Origin: Hemiscyllium ocellatum | Lineage: Eukaryota | Assembly: GCF_020745735.1 (NCBI RefSeq) | Contig: NC_083419.1 | Coordinates: forward strand, 37,718,085-37,782,084 | DNA: 64,000 nt | Direction: 5' to 3' | In this document: piece by piece, positions 13,130 through 25,320 of the stretch | Position numbering within the stretch: position 1 is the stretch's first letter | Layout of the letters: each line of letters starts with the position of its first letter | Notes under the pieces: model-generated | What the model was told of the DNA's origin: nothing | Databases searched by the model: none | Seen by the model: the letters and a program-made list of their open reading frames with translations, nothing else | Made by a program: the position numbers and the translations under genes

Positions 13130-13475
13130 GCAGGTCTGATATTCAGGAAAGACCGAAAAAATCTTTTGCAGTATTCTGTATTTGTGATCATAATTAAAGT
13201 ATTAAACGTATTTATTGATTGCAAATATTTAAAAAAACACGAGAATAAAGAATTGTGTACACTATGAAACTGTACATCGGTTATTATGAATATTTAAAAT
13301 TCATGATTAATGTCACAAACTGTAATTTATTTGTTAATTTTTAATCATCTATTTATTTGAATTGTGTATCTTGGTGCTGCTAATATATATATAGGTATAT
13401 TGTAAATACATGCACTTTAGAATCCAAGTAATGTTGTTAAGTGATCTGTAATAAAGAGTTTCATGGTTTATTGAA
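13130..13475 (+). other. PTHLH: PTHLH terminal (3'UTR) exon
   Basis: Polypyrimidine tract and CAG acceptor at 13127-13129; donor AG|GTAATT at 9650. Blocks CTATGAAACTGTACAT, TGTATCTTGGTGCTGCT and ATGCACTTTAGA match my recollection of the mammalian PTHLH 3'UTR. ATTTA motifs; AATAAA at 13244 and 13450. Confidence 0.85.
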
Positions 13476-13768
13476 TTGCAAAAGGAAGTAGTCCTGTTTA
13501 ATAACACGAATTATACACTTTACTGTAGCATCTGGTGTTTTTTTTTAAAAGCAGAACATTTAGCAGTTATTTGGCAAAGAGCCTCGTAATTCCTTAAGCC
13601 TCTGAGTTGAAAGATGTTTTTCCTAAGAGTAAACGAGGATTAGGTATAATAAGAGAGGGTAATATCATCCGTCTCAAGCCAAAAATACTTCCAAAGAAGA
13701 CATGGGAGTTCGCGGAATAGCGTTTAGATAATCATGGGCACACCTGCTTAGTCAGGAATGCTTTGTAT

Positions 13769-13777
13769 GACCACCCA
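13769..13777 (+). promoter_or_regulatory. Perfect GLI consensus site GACCACCCA
   Basis: Exact 9-mer, about 300 bp downstream of the PTHLH poly(A) signal; function untested. Confidence 0.4.
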
Positions 13778-14020
13778 GAAACCTTTGCTAACGAAAATGC
13801 TAACTTCTGATTTTGGTTTGATCCATGGTTGTGAGATCGTATCTGAAGGGAAACTTACATTTAAATATAAAGTCTGACAGTCATAAGGTGGATTTCAGTG
13901 AAATAACACGGGCACATGACTAACCACATCAATCTATCGATTAGTAGGTTTCGCTATCTACATGTTAGTTTATGATGCAAGAATTGAATAAATGAACTGA
14001 TGAAAACCGCGGCTTCCGTG

Positions 14021-14039
14021 TGCCAGTGGAGGGCAGCAC
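14021..14039 (+). promoter_or_regulatory. Candidate CTCF site
   Basis: TGCCAGTGGAGGGCAGCAC is one mismatch from the CCASYAGRKGGCRS core. Confidence 0.4.
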
Positions 14040-15209
14040 GGATCCGAGGTACATTGAGAAAAAGCAGAAAGTAATCTCCAAATTAAAACGACCAGAGTTC
14101 AATTTCAGACTTAAAACGATTGCATAAATTAAACTTTTTTTTGGTTGTTGTTGCCGCGTAATCGAAGAGAGGTCAGCTATGAGGGAAACATATCCGACTG
14201 TCCAATAAGCGAATTTAATTATCTAATCTAGGTGTTTCATTTTACTTGTTAATACCATTTTTTTCTAGACTTCTATACAGTACCCCGATGTCCCCCTCTT
14301 TTTGGTACTGAAAATCTTCGTATTTAGGAGGCGAAACCAACGTGTGTCTTTGTTTAGATCTAGATAGTACTTTATAAATAATAATTAAGTACCTAGTGAA
14401 ATAAATACGGAAAAACATACCGACACGTACTGCGAAACAGTCTACATTATTATTCTTTGATTGGTACTGAGACTAAATATATAAAACAAATCTTATTTTG
14501 AAGTCAAACCTGATTCGTATTATATGTTTTTGCACACGAGTTTATTGTTGTACGTTTCTCATTCAAGAAGTGAATCTCAACATCTTTACTCTGAATGAGT
14601 AATTTTTTCTGTGTCAGACATCCACTCCTAAGTAATTGCCAAAATCAACTTTGCTATTAATGGTGGAAACCTGTACTTCAGATGAAGTCTGATTGGAAAG
14701 ACTGACTCCAATACCTTTGCATTTGTACCACAGCGGCCCCAATTGGCCTATGGAGCAAAACTTCTTAATTCAATTCCACATCAATAGTTTTAAATCGGGT
14801 TGCAATATCTTCTCTATCCTCCTAAAACAAGGTCACGTGACTTAAGTAAAGGTTTACTTTTCAGGATCTGTAGTGATGCAAACACACTAGTAAACAAGCA
14901 AGTTACTTAATATGTCATAAAAGCTTTGACTAGTATATAAAATGCTGGAGTTAGTTAAAGTCAACGTGCCTCCGTTACAAGTAAAGAAAACACATAAGGA
15001 AATGGTTTGATATTTAACAAATACGGCAGAATTGTCTGAGTGGTGAACAACATCCTAAAATATTCCTCAAACAGTGTAGAAACAAAAAAAAAGACAATAA
15101 GAAACTTAAAAGAAATAGCACAGGCGAAATTAATGGAATGAAAACAAAACCCACCAAATCAATTTGACTTAATGACTTATAGCCTTTAAATTTTAAAAGC
15201 TCGTTACAA

Positions 15210-16460
15210 AGTTAGTGGATGCCATTAGTTTTGATTTTCTGGATCTCCCTACATTTTAGAATCGTTCCCACAGATTGGAAGCCAGAAACATAACTTTGCT
15301 GTTCAAGAAAGGAAATAGATAGAAAACAATTGTCCAGATAACCTGAAGACTTTAGTGGGTAAAATGTGAGAATCGATTCTCAAGATCATGGTACCAGGAA
15401 TCATTTAAAAAAACATAATATGATTACTGATTTGAAATCGACATACTGCTAGCCATTCTATTGCGTTGTCTGGTTTGTGATAGTGTGATGCCAATTGCGT
15501 GAGCTGAATTCTTGCACCAGCTGAGGTTACCATGAAGGACTCTCCTTCTCAATATCTGCCCCCTCACTTGAGGCTTGATGAGCCTTCGGTTAAACTGCCA
15601 CCTGCCATCTCCTCTAATAAGAGAGCAGCCCTATAGCAACTTTATCTTAGTTTATTTGAATTTTCAAGTAGAAAATAGGACTCATTAGGTGGGTGAAATA
15701 CTTGGCATGGATTGTGGATTTGTTACTTAGTAGAAAATGGATCAATTTCAACTTGGCATGTTGCAACAGAAGGACTCTATGTATATCAATGGCTTAGATG
15801 AGGAAACTATATGAACATTAGTGTATCCTAGTTTACTGCTTATGCAACATCTGATGGAAAAGTGATCTGTGAAATGGATATAAACAGGCTCCAAAAGGAG
15901 ACAGACTAGCTAAGTGTGGCAGAAGTACTTACTTTGTTAGGTAAAATAGAGTAACAGAATAGCTTCAGTTGGTGGGTGTCTGGGGAAATATGGGTATTCA
16001 GAATGATGAATGTCCTTGTATAGGAATAACAGATAGCTAACATGCAAATTTAGGAAACAAATAGTACATTGGCCTTTATTCAAAAGGGTTCAACGTACAA
16101 AAGGGTAGAAGTTTTACTGCAATTATATAGGGTCTGAAAAATCCAAAGAATTGTGCACAGTTTTGATCACCTTACTTAAAAAATAATATACTAATCTTGG
16201 AGGATATCTAAGATAAATTCACTGAACTTATTCATAGGGTGAGAGAACAAAAACAGAAATTGCTGCAAATATTCAGCAGGTCTGGCAACACCTGTGAAGA
16301 GAAAGCAGAGTTAAATTGACTCTGCTTTCTCACTAAATTGAGTACTAAAGGGTTCAAGGGGTATGAAGGTTGGGTAGAAAAGTCAAATAGAGATATAGAG
16401 TCAGCCATGACCTTGTAGAATTTTGCAACAGATTCAAAGAACAGAATAGCCTCCTCCTAC
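15210..16460 (+). mobile_element. Highly decayed CR1 LINE with nested SINE and Penelope-type fragments
   Basis: Recognisable CR1 ORF2 and 3' tail remnants (GTTCCCACAGATTGGAAG, TTCAAGAAAGG, GAATAGCCTCCTCCT). Confidence 0.6.
15445..15648 (+). mobile_element. tRNA-derived SINE, third family (homologue at 30101-30281)
   Basis: Shares GTGATGCCAA, CATGAAGG, GTTAAACT and GAGAGCAG blocks with 30101-30281. Confidence 0.55.
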
Positions 16461-17154
16461 TGATATTATTACTGAGAAAGTTATAGATTTCCACGGTAAA
16501 TTATTAAAGGAGAACTGTCTTCAGAAAGTGGTAAAATGCTCTTAATTTTCAAACTGAACAACTCAAAATAATTTTCAGCAGGGGTGTCACACCAAAATGT
16601 TTTTAATCTGTTTATCATATAGTCAATTATAATCAAGAAAATAAAACTTTAGGGCTTTTCTTATGAAGAGAGTGCCACCTCCTGCTCCCCACCTCCCCCA
16701 AATTAATTCTCCACGGTTGTATTTGTGTGGCAGACTGTGAACATATATTGAGACTGGGGTGATCTAAGGTCAATCAAACATTTATAAAGCTGACATTAAT
16801 TAAAATTTTCACTTAAATATCCAAAATAACAAAAAGAAACACATTAAAAATATAATTTACAGATGTGCTTTGCTTATCTGTTTTCATCCAAGGTTAACTA
16901 CACACATTGCCTTTCAGTTGGGCCCAACATAAATGAGAAATAGATTTGGAACATGGTTTTATACTCAAATAAATAAAAGGGGGAAAAAAACAACATTAAA
17001 AATGTTTGTTCCCATTCCTTAACTCCTCAATCTCATTCCTCTGGTGCACCATAATAATATTGTAAAGAACATGCTAAAAGATGACCAGCCTATAAATTAA
17101 AACGAATCAATATAAATCAATTTTGACTTAATGAAAACTATTCTCAAAAGCAAC

Positions 17155-17269
17155 TAGGCAAAAGTGAGGACTGCAGATGCTAGAAATCAGAGTCTAAATT
17201 AGAGGGCACTGGAAAAGCACACCTCGGAATGCTGCCTGACCAGCTGTGCTTTTCCAGCGCCACGCTAAT
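17155..17269. mobile_element. Penelope-derived short foldback element with target-site duplication
   Basis: AAAGTGAGGACTGCAGATGCT head; CTGGAAAAGCAC / GTGCTTTTCCAG inverted arms; flanking direct repeat CTATTCTCAAA at 17138 and 17270. Confidence 0.7.
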
Positions 17270-18182
17270 CTATTCTCAAAGGCAGCAGAATGGCTTGGGA
17301 GCTCTAATAATTGACTTACCTAAGCCAGAAAATGTGACTTTTTGGAGCATAGTCGCGTGGCTCTTGGATTACTCATAATGTAAACCTTAAGTAGAGCAAA
17401 CCTGATTGTTTGCTGTTGATTTTCTTCAAATCAGTGATTGCTTGATGTCCACCCACCCCCCCCCCCCCCCAGCCCCCATAACAATATCATTGCTGCCAAG
17501 GGTTTACCCTAGAACTGAAAATAATGCTGACCATGGGCATTCTAGTTAGATCAACAATTATTGGTATTGGATTTAGGATGAAGAGGAATTATCCATGCAA
17601 AGAAAAAGATGCTGTATTGGTGAGACAGGCTCCTGGCACTGATTAATGTGCAAATTGGAAGTCAACATCCTCTGCTTTCATCCCTTCAGCAGGGCTGAAG
17701 TCCTCAGGTTATGCCCTTTACAAAGCTTTATTTGAACTGCAGATGACATCCAGCACCTGGATAGCATTATGACCATGACATTGAACAATTTTTGCAATTG
17801 ATTCATTTTTAAGCATCATTAGTGGTAATTGTCAGTATACCATCTTTGCACATACCACTGCATCAAGCAATTCACCACAGCCTTGATTATCAAGAGCAAT
17901 ACTTTATCAATTTTCCAAATGAAGTGCAAGAATAACAAGAGGAGGCCAGCATTTTTTATCAGCTAGCTCATTCCTGAGAGCATAGGGCATCACTGATGAT
18001 GACCATTTTTATCATCAGGGCCTCAAGTAATAAACGTATGACATATAGCAGTATTATCAATAACTTATTAAGGTTATATCTAATAATAGTTGTGTGTTGT
18101 TGAGCAATGTCACATACCTTTATATAAACCTCTCTTATAAATTCCATTGTCATTATTAAAAAACAATGAAAATCTCAATCAT

Positions 18183-18320
18183 ATAAAAGTAAAGTATTGC
18201 AGATGCTGGTGATATGCATTAAAAACAGAAAGTGCCAGAGAAACTCAGCAGGTCTGACAGCATTTGTGGAGTGAAAAGCAGAGGTAACATTTCAAGTCCA
18301 ATATGACTCTTTATTAGAGT
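18183..18320. mobile_element. Penelope-type terminal repeat fragment
   Basis: TTGCAGATGCTGG...AACTCAGCAGGTCTGACAGCAT, same family as 37237-37456. Confidence 0.6.
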
Positions 18321-19079
18321 GGAATATCTCATTTCTGGAATACAACCTTAATCCTTATAGAAACAGCTTTTAGCATGTAGTGACAAATTACAGTTTACTG
18401 CTTACTTTTGCAATGTTCCTTCATATATAATAATTTCATATTTCAGGCTTCCCTGTCAGAACCAACCAAATTGATATGATTATTGAGGAATAGACAGTAC
18501 ACATTCATAGGCAATTGTTCTGTTCGATAATGTCATAAAATTAGCTGGTTTATTTACATGTTAGTATAAGAATATTCACATGCAATTTCATAGCTAGCTT
18601 CTGCTTTACAGTTCAGAGGTTTCAGCCAAGTCAGTTCAAACAAAAATGTGTTTGGTGCCACAATACATCCTGAAAGACTGCATTTATTCTCTAAAAATTA
18701 GGAATCCTGGTAAATTAGTGGGGAGGTAGATAGCTGACCCGATTCGATTGTTGATTGATTGAGAGTGTTGAGAGGCACAAACTGCATCTGGGAGTTGCAG
18801 GCCACCCACTCCGGCAGCTGCCCGTCTCGTGGATCGTCCTCAGCCTTGAATGGCCGGTGGGGTGTCCGATCCTGTCTTCTCTGTATTATTAAACGGGAGT
18901 GTAGAGCTTATTTTATGTGCAGTATAAAATGATGTTATAAAATATGGGAAATAATTTTACAGTGAAAAGGAATGTAGGCAAGAGGGATTATGACTCCTTC
19001 AATTAAAAAAACAGTAAATTTGGCAAAATCATTATATGTGACATAGCCAGATAAGGGATAAACTCCCTTATTGCGCCAT

Positions 19080-20640
19080 TCATTCCATCATGTCAGTACC
19101 AGTCAACAAAGCTCTGATCTTAGTACATTCATTTTCCAGTTCTTGGCCTATAGTACTGAAGCTATGGAAATGCAAGAAAATATCCAACTACTGTACTGCT
19201 TAAATGTTATGAGACTTTCTGACTCAATCATCCTTCCATACTTGCACCGTACTGTGATGAAAATATTTCTCCTCAACTCTGCTCTTAGCTTTCTACCTCC
19301 TATCTTACCTTAAATCTAAATCTGTGCACTCTATTTATTGGCCCCTCTACTAATGGAAAGCATATCTTCCTATCTACCATAATCATATACATCTCTATCC
19401 ACTCCCCTCCCAACTTTGCTGTCTAACCTTATAGATCTTTCCTTATAGATCAGATTGTCCAGCCCAGTCAGCATCCTGGTAAATCATTTTTGCACACATC
19501 TAGTGCAGCCACATTTTTGTTATGATCTGTTTATCTGAACTGCATGCAGTATTTCAGGTGTAGTCTAACCAGCATTTTATACAATTGCAGCATTAACCCC
19601 CTGCTCTTGTATTCTATGTCTCAGCTAATAAAGGCAAAGATCCCATTTGCTTCCTAATCAACCTTACCTGCCGTACTAGCTTCAGGGATCTGTGGATATG
19701 AACACCAAAGCCTCTCTGTTGTTCAGTACTTACCAAGGGCCTGCCATTCATTGGGTAATCCCTTGTCTTGTTCGTCCTGTCCAAGTGCATGACCTCATAT
19801 TATTTTGGGGTTGAATTTAATTTGGCATTGCTATGCCCTTCATATCTTCCTGCTGTTTACAGCTATTCTCCTTACTATTTAACACCCCAGCAATTTTCAT
19901 GACATCTGCAAACATCTTGCTCATACCTCCTACATGTAAGACCAAATCACTAAAGTACACCACAAATAGTGAGGGCCCCAGCACTGAGCTCTGTGAAATC
20001 CAATTGGAAACAGATGTGCAGTCACAGAAACATTTCTGTAGAATCACCTTTCACTGCCTGTATCTCAGCCAATTTTTGATCACTCTGCCTTGAACCCCAT
20101 GGGCTCTTAACTACTTGACCAGTTTGTTATGAGTAACCTTATCAAAAGCATTGTTAAAGATCATGCAGACCATATCAAATGCACATTTCTCATCAACATC
20201 CTAGTTACCACCTCAAGCAATTCGATCAAACTTGTCAAACATGAACTTAACAAATTTATCCTGACTATCGCTGATTAATCTGCATCTCCAAAGGTGCAGA
20301 AATATCCTACCCTTCAGAATTCTTTCAAATAATTTCCCTGCCACTGAGGTTAAAATGGTTTGTTTTCAATTTCTTGTTCGATAACTTCAGTCCCTTTTTA
20401 ATACTGGGACAATGATAGTAGTGCTCCAGTCCTTTGACACCTCACCTGTAAAAAGAGAGTATTTAAAAATTACAGCCAGGGTCCCTGATATCTCCTCCCT
20501 TGCCTCCCTTAACACTCTGTGGATTTACCCACTTTTAAGCCTGCTAATTCCTCTAGTATCTACTTGCTGTATGTTAATTTCTGCCAGTATTTCACAGTCC
20601 CTATCCTGATGTCTATATCCATGTCATCCTTTTCCATTAG
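19080..20640 (-). mobile_element. Decayed CR1 LINE
   Basis: Minus-strand QSSVLGPSLFVVYFSDL...SKMFADVMKI is a degenerate RT motif. Confidence 0.8.
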
Positions 20641-22359
20641 TCTGAAATGAATTGAGCGAACCTCTCAAGAACCCTTATTGTCAACCATAAAAATATTCAT
20701 TACACCTGTCTGTTTCCACTTCCAAACTTCACTGGACTATTAATGCACTAAGGTTTTTGAAGTTCGGATTATTAAAATGAATAAAATAATTCACAATATC
20801 ACACACAAAATAAATCTGAATTGCAGCTGGACTTTTAGAACTGGAATAGATAATACCAATGTAAAATAGGATTTGTATGTTTAATTGTACAGAGCTTAAT
20901 TGCTGCAATTCCTTAAATAATGTCTCATTATTTTCAGTCTTTGCCTTGCTTTTATTAATGGAATATTTTATTCTGACTTTAAAAGCAGACTTTTACATAA
21001 ACACTGTTCTTGGATATAAAATGAAGAATAAATAGAATGCTCAGAACTCAGGCTTGTTTCTCTGTTTTCCTCTGCTATTATATAGTATGCATGACAGACC
21101 CATGCATTTGATATAATTCTGTCAAAGATATGCACAGTTCAACTACAGTATTTTCTGATAAAATTCTCCTAAAACCTGCTCAGATAGAAAATGCTTGGAA
21201 GATCAAACAGAACATGATATTGAACAGGTGTGCAACTCATCTCATAAAATATCATCAACATGGATCGTTTAAAATATGATGATAAGATAGTGTTTACATT
21301 CTAAAACTTAACACAGCCCTGTAAAATACAATCATAGTCAACCTCTGATAAAAGCCATTAACTCAATTTTCTGGAAAACAAACAGGAAGGCAATCTTCAG
21401 GTTTTAACAGAAAATTAATAAAAGCTGGCTGAAGTACAAATTGACCTTAAAGAGATATGATCTTAATAGAAATCCAGAAACAGAAACACATTAATATGAG
21501 AAATACTATGAACTATCTGTTGTATGAAACTATCACAAACATTGAGAATATTTATATATACACATAGAAATGAATCTTAGCAGTTTTAATTCTAAAATAA
21601 ACTATTATGTTGAGGCTCAAAAGAAAGCGTGAGATAATTGAACTAACCAGGTGATTAAGTGTTAATAATTAAACAGAGTTGCTATTGAACAATTGCTGTG
21701 AGCAAACAACTCTACCCCATGTGCCACCAGGTTTCACTTGTAAACTGATAATATCCAGCTTTCTCTCTTTTCAGTGTTCTCAATCCTGTAGCCTACTGTC
21801 CCTGTTTATGAGCCTCTTAGCCCAAAATCCAGTCCTAGATGAGTCACAATAACTTTTTTAAAATGTTGGGAAAATCAGAACTGTTAGGTTCATGCCCTAC
21901 TACAAACTCTGCATCTTAATCACTCAAACCATCTCCTCTCTGGTTAAAGATACCATCTCAGCATCTTATTTGCTTAAAAAATAAGTGCCAAATTCTCCTT
22001 TGCAATGACCTTATACTTGTACTTCAATAACATTGCATGGCTCCATTTTTTTATGTCCATCTGTTTAGGATCCTACCCTAAACATTTATCCATGTCATCA
22101 TTGCATCCATTTACAACTATACCAATATCACCACGCAATGATCACCAGGCAAGAGTGTTTCTTCCCAATCGGGGAACACTTCAGCGGTCCAGGACATTCG
22201 GCTTCAGATTTTCGGGTGACCATCCTCCAAGGCAGACTTCAGGACAGGCAACAGCACAAAGTTGCCCAGCAGAGGCTGATATCCAATTCCATACCCATGG
22301 GGATGGCCACAACCGCGATCTTGGGTTCATGTCACACTACAGGTGACCCCGCTGCACTA

Positions 22360-22598
22360 TACACACACATGCACACAAGCGCACGCATACATGTGCACAC
22401 ACACTCCCACAGACTCACACAGACCCTCTCTCATACACAAACTCTCTCTCATACACTCACACCCACACACAACCCTTTCACAGACTTATAACACATTACT
22501 CTCTCACAGACACTCACAAACCACCCCCCCGCTCCCCCACATACACACACACCCACATGCACACACTCACTCGGTCTCCCCAACATGTACACACATAT
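22360..22598 (+). repeat. Degenerate (CA)n / CACT low-complexity tract inside the Penelope element
   Basis: Visible CA-rich repeats. Confidence 0.9.
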
Positions 22599-22955
22599 AA
22601 GTTTGTGGGGTGAATTTGTATTTGCAGAATTACATTTTATTTTGCTTAAAAACTGCATAAATCCATGTACCATTCTGTAAATATCACTTTAGAAGTAGAA
22701 TCAGCCTAACTAACATTGGGACACAGACAGATTTTAATCTCACACCTTCAGTCTGAGCTGAGATGGTGCTTATTTGTTAGAGCAATCTTAAGAATGTAAC
22801 TTTAAAAAAGTTCTGGGATTTACATATGAAGGAACTGAAACTAACATGGGTATTCTAAAAGATGAAAGATTTAAGCTAAATTTGTTTAATATTACAAATA
22901 TTACATTACAATCCTGTTGCTATAAAGTCTGTGTTTAATGATTCTGCTGCACAAC

Positions 22956-22990
22956 CACCTGATGAAGAAACGGTGCTTCGAAAGCTAGTG
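22956..22990 (+). ncRNA. Minimal type I hammerhead ribozyme motif
   Basis: CAC-CTGATGA-A-GAAACGGTGCTTC (stem II, one mismatch)-GAAA-GCTA-GTG. CAC/GTG forms stem I and AGCT a palindromic stem III. Confidence 0.7.
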
Positions 22991-23229
22991 CCTCCAAATA
23001 AACCTGTTGGACTATGACCTGGTGTTGTGTGACTTTTAATTTTGTACACCCCAGTCCAAAACCGGCTCCTTCAAATCAATGCTTCCCTGGCCAGTCTTCC
23101 AACCTACATATATTCTAGCTCTTCCATCTTCTCAAAGCTCTTTGTATCATAATCTGCACCAACTCCATCTTATACTTTATACCTTGTGATTTCTGACTAA
23201 TACTGACTTTTGCCTTCCTGCACATACAA

Positions 23230-23590
23230 GGCAATGTAACATTCTCATTGTGTTCAATCCACTTTTGATTTCAATCCTCCTTATCTGGATAATTTCTTCT
23301 TCTTTGCAACCTTCCAAGAACTCTGCAATCTTTCAATTCTGAACTTTGTATACCTCCTCTCACTTCACCTCACACCTTGCATCTATGCCTTAAGGTATGT
23401 AAGCCCTAAATTCACTAATCTCTTTTGCTTTTCAAACCCTCTCTTCTTTAACAGTCACCTTAAAACCTACCTGTTTTACCAAGATTTTAATCATCACTCC
23501 TCCTGTCTCCTTCAGGTCATTATTTTTGTCTAACAATGCCCTTGTTAAGCACCTTGGGATTTATAGGCAGTATCTAAATGCAAGTTGTTG
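23230..23590 (+). mobile_element. L2-like LINE 3' end
   Basis: TTAAAACCTACCTGTTT...GTTAAGCACCTTGGGA...TAAATGCAAGTTGTTG tail typical of L2 ends. Confidence 0.5.
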
Positions 23591-23629
23591 CTTACAAATA
23601 ATAGTTATGCTTCTACTTTTCTCAATGGT

Positions 23630-24605
23630 TTACTAGTTTTTGTCATTTACATAAATTTGGATGCGAGTATAAGTGATACAGTTAGTAAGTTTGCAGATGA
23701 CACAAAAATTGGAGGTGTAATGGACAGCGAAGAGGGTTACCTCAGATTGCAACAGGATCTTGACTAGATGGGCCAATGGGCTGAGAAATGGCAGATGGAG
23801 TTTAATTCAGATAAATGCAAGGTGCTGCATTTTGGGAAAGTAAATCTTAGCAGGACTTATACACTTAATGGTAAGGTCTTAGGGAGTGTTGCTGAACAAA
23901 AAGACATTGGAGTGCAGATTCATGGCTCCTTGAAAGTGAAGTCACAGGTAGAAAGGATAGTGAAGAAGGTGTTTGGTATGCTTTCCTTTATTGGTTAGAG
24001 TATTGAGTATAGGCGTTGGGAGGTCATGTTACAGCTGTACTGGACATTGTTTAGGCCACTGTTGGAATATTGCATACAATTCTGGTCTCCTTCCTATCGG
24101 AAAGATGCTGTGAAACTTGAAAGGGTTCAGAAAAGATTTACAAGGATTTGCCAAGGTTGGAGGATTTGAGCTACAGGGAGAGGCTGAACAGGCTGGGGCT
24201 GTTTTCCCTGGAGCATCGGAGGCTGAGGGGTGACCTTATAGAGGTTTGCAAAATGATAAGGGGTATGGATAGGATAAATAGACAAAGTTTTTTCCCAGGG
24301 TTGGGGAGACCAGAACTAGAGGGCATAGGCATAGGGTGAGAGGGGAAAGGTATAAAAGAGACTACGGGGCAATGTTTTCATGCAGCGGGTGGTACATGTA
24401 TGGAATGAGCTGCCAGAGGATGTGGTGGAGCCTGGTACAATTGCAACATTTAAGAGGCATTTGGATGGGTATATGAATAGAAAGGGTTTGGAGGGATATG
24501 GGCTGGGTGCTGGCAGGTGGGACCAGATTGTGTTGGGATATCTGGGCAGCATGCTCGGGTTGGACCAAAGGGTGTGATTCCATGCTGTACATCTCTATGA
24601 CTCTA
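23630..24605 (+). mobile_element. 5'-truncated CR1 (HER1-like) LINE
   Basis: KFADDTKIGG, WQMEFN, LRGDLIE, WNELP; TCTATGACTCTA tail; closely similar to 2450-3420. Confidence 0.93.
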
Positions 24606-24689
24606 CTGATGATATCATCAAGATTTACTGCAATAATGACAGCATCTTGTTTTAATAGCTTATTTAAACATTATAGTAAAATGTTCCAA

Positions 24690-25320
24690 TCTATAAGATA
24701 CTGAACAACATAAGGACATTTAGATTACATGATTAGCAGTTTGGCCAAAGTTGAAGGCATAAGCATCAATGGATGGTTAAAAATGGGATGCTGAAGAAGT
24801 CAGGATTGTAGGAGTAGTGATCTCTTGGGGAGAGTCGTGCAGCTGGAAGAGTTACAGAGATTGGGATAGGCTGGATCACCAACAGATTTTTAAAGCAGGG
24901 GTAGGAAAGTTAAAATTGAGGAGTTGTTTTACCAGCCATTAGTGTTGGTCAATGGGGATATGGTTGGTGAGTGAATAGAATTTGGTGAGCTTGGTCACTG
25001 ACAGCAAAACTTTGGATGATCTCAAGTTTAAGGAGGGTGAAAAGTGGAAGGCCCTTGAGATAGTCAAGTCTGGAGAGAAATGAATTAGAGTTCAAGCAAT
25101 CAATAAACAGAGGAGGGAGTGCAGTCAGGAAATGTTATATTGGTGGAAATAAGTGAAATTAGTGTGGTGCATGTATGTGGCCAGAAACTTATCTTGAGAT
25201 TAAATATAACAGATGCTTTGGTTTCACTTCAGATAGTTGTCAGCCATAGAGTCAGTGGCTAAGGAATAGAGAAACCAAGGACAATGCCTTTAGCCTTCCT
25301 AATATTTAATTGCAAGATGT
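24690..25320 (-). mobile_element. Old L2-like fragment
   Basis: Similar to 11350-11900 (for example CTCAAGTTTAAGGA, TCAGATAGTT). Confidence 0.45.

Larger units (their letters stand above)
22130..23080 (+). mobile_element. Penelope-like retroelement 3' portion (GIY-YIG C-terminus, CA-rich tract, terminal repeat with hammerhead)
   Basis: PIGEHFSGPGHSASDFRVTILQG...QQRLI and, frameshifted, THGDGHNRDLGFMSHY* match PLE endonuclease C-termini (HF...H....L, GLN motif); hammerhead core at 22959. Confidence 0.8.

Noticed and set aside
22343-22673. His/Thr-rich and Val/Cys-rich ORFs
   Set aside because: Translations of the CA microsatellite.
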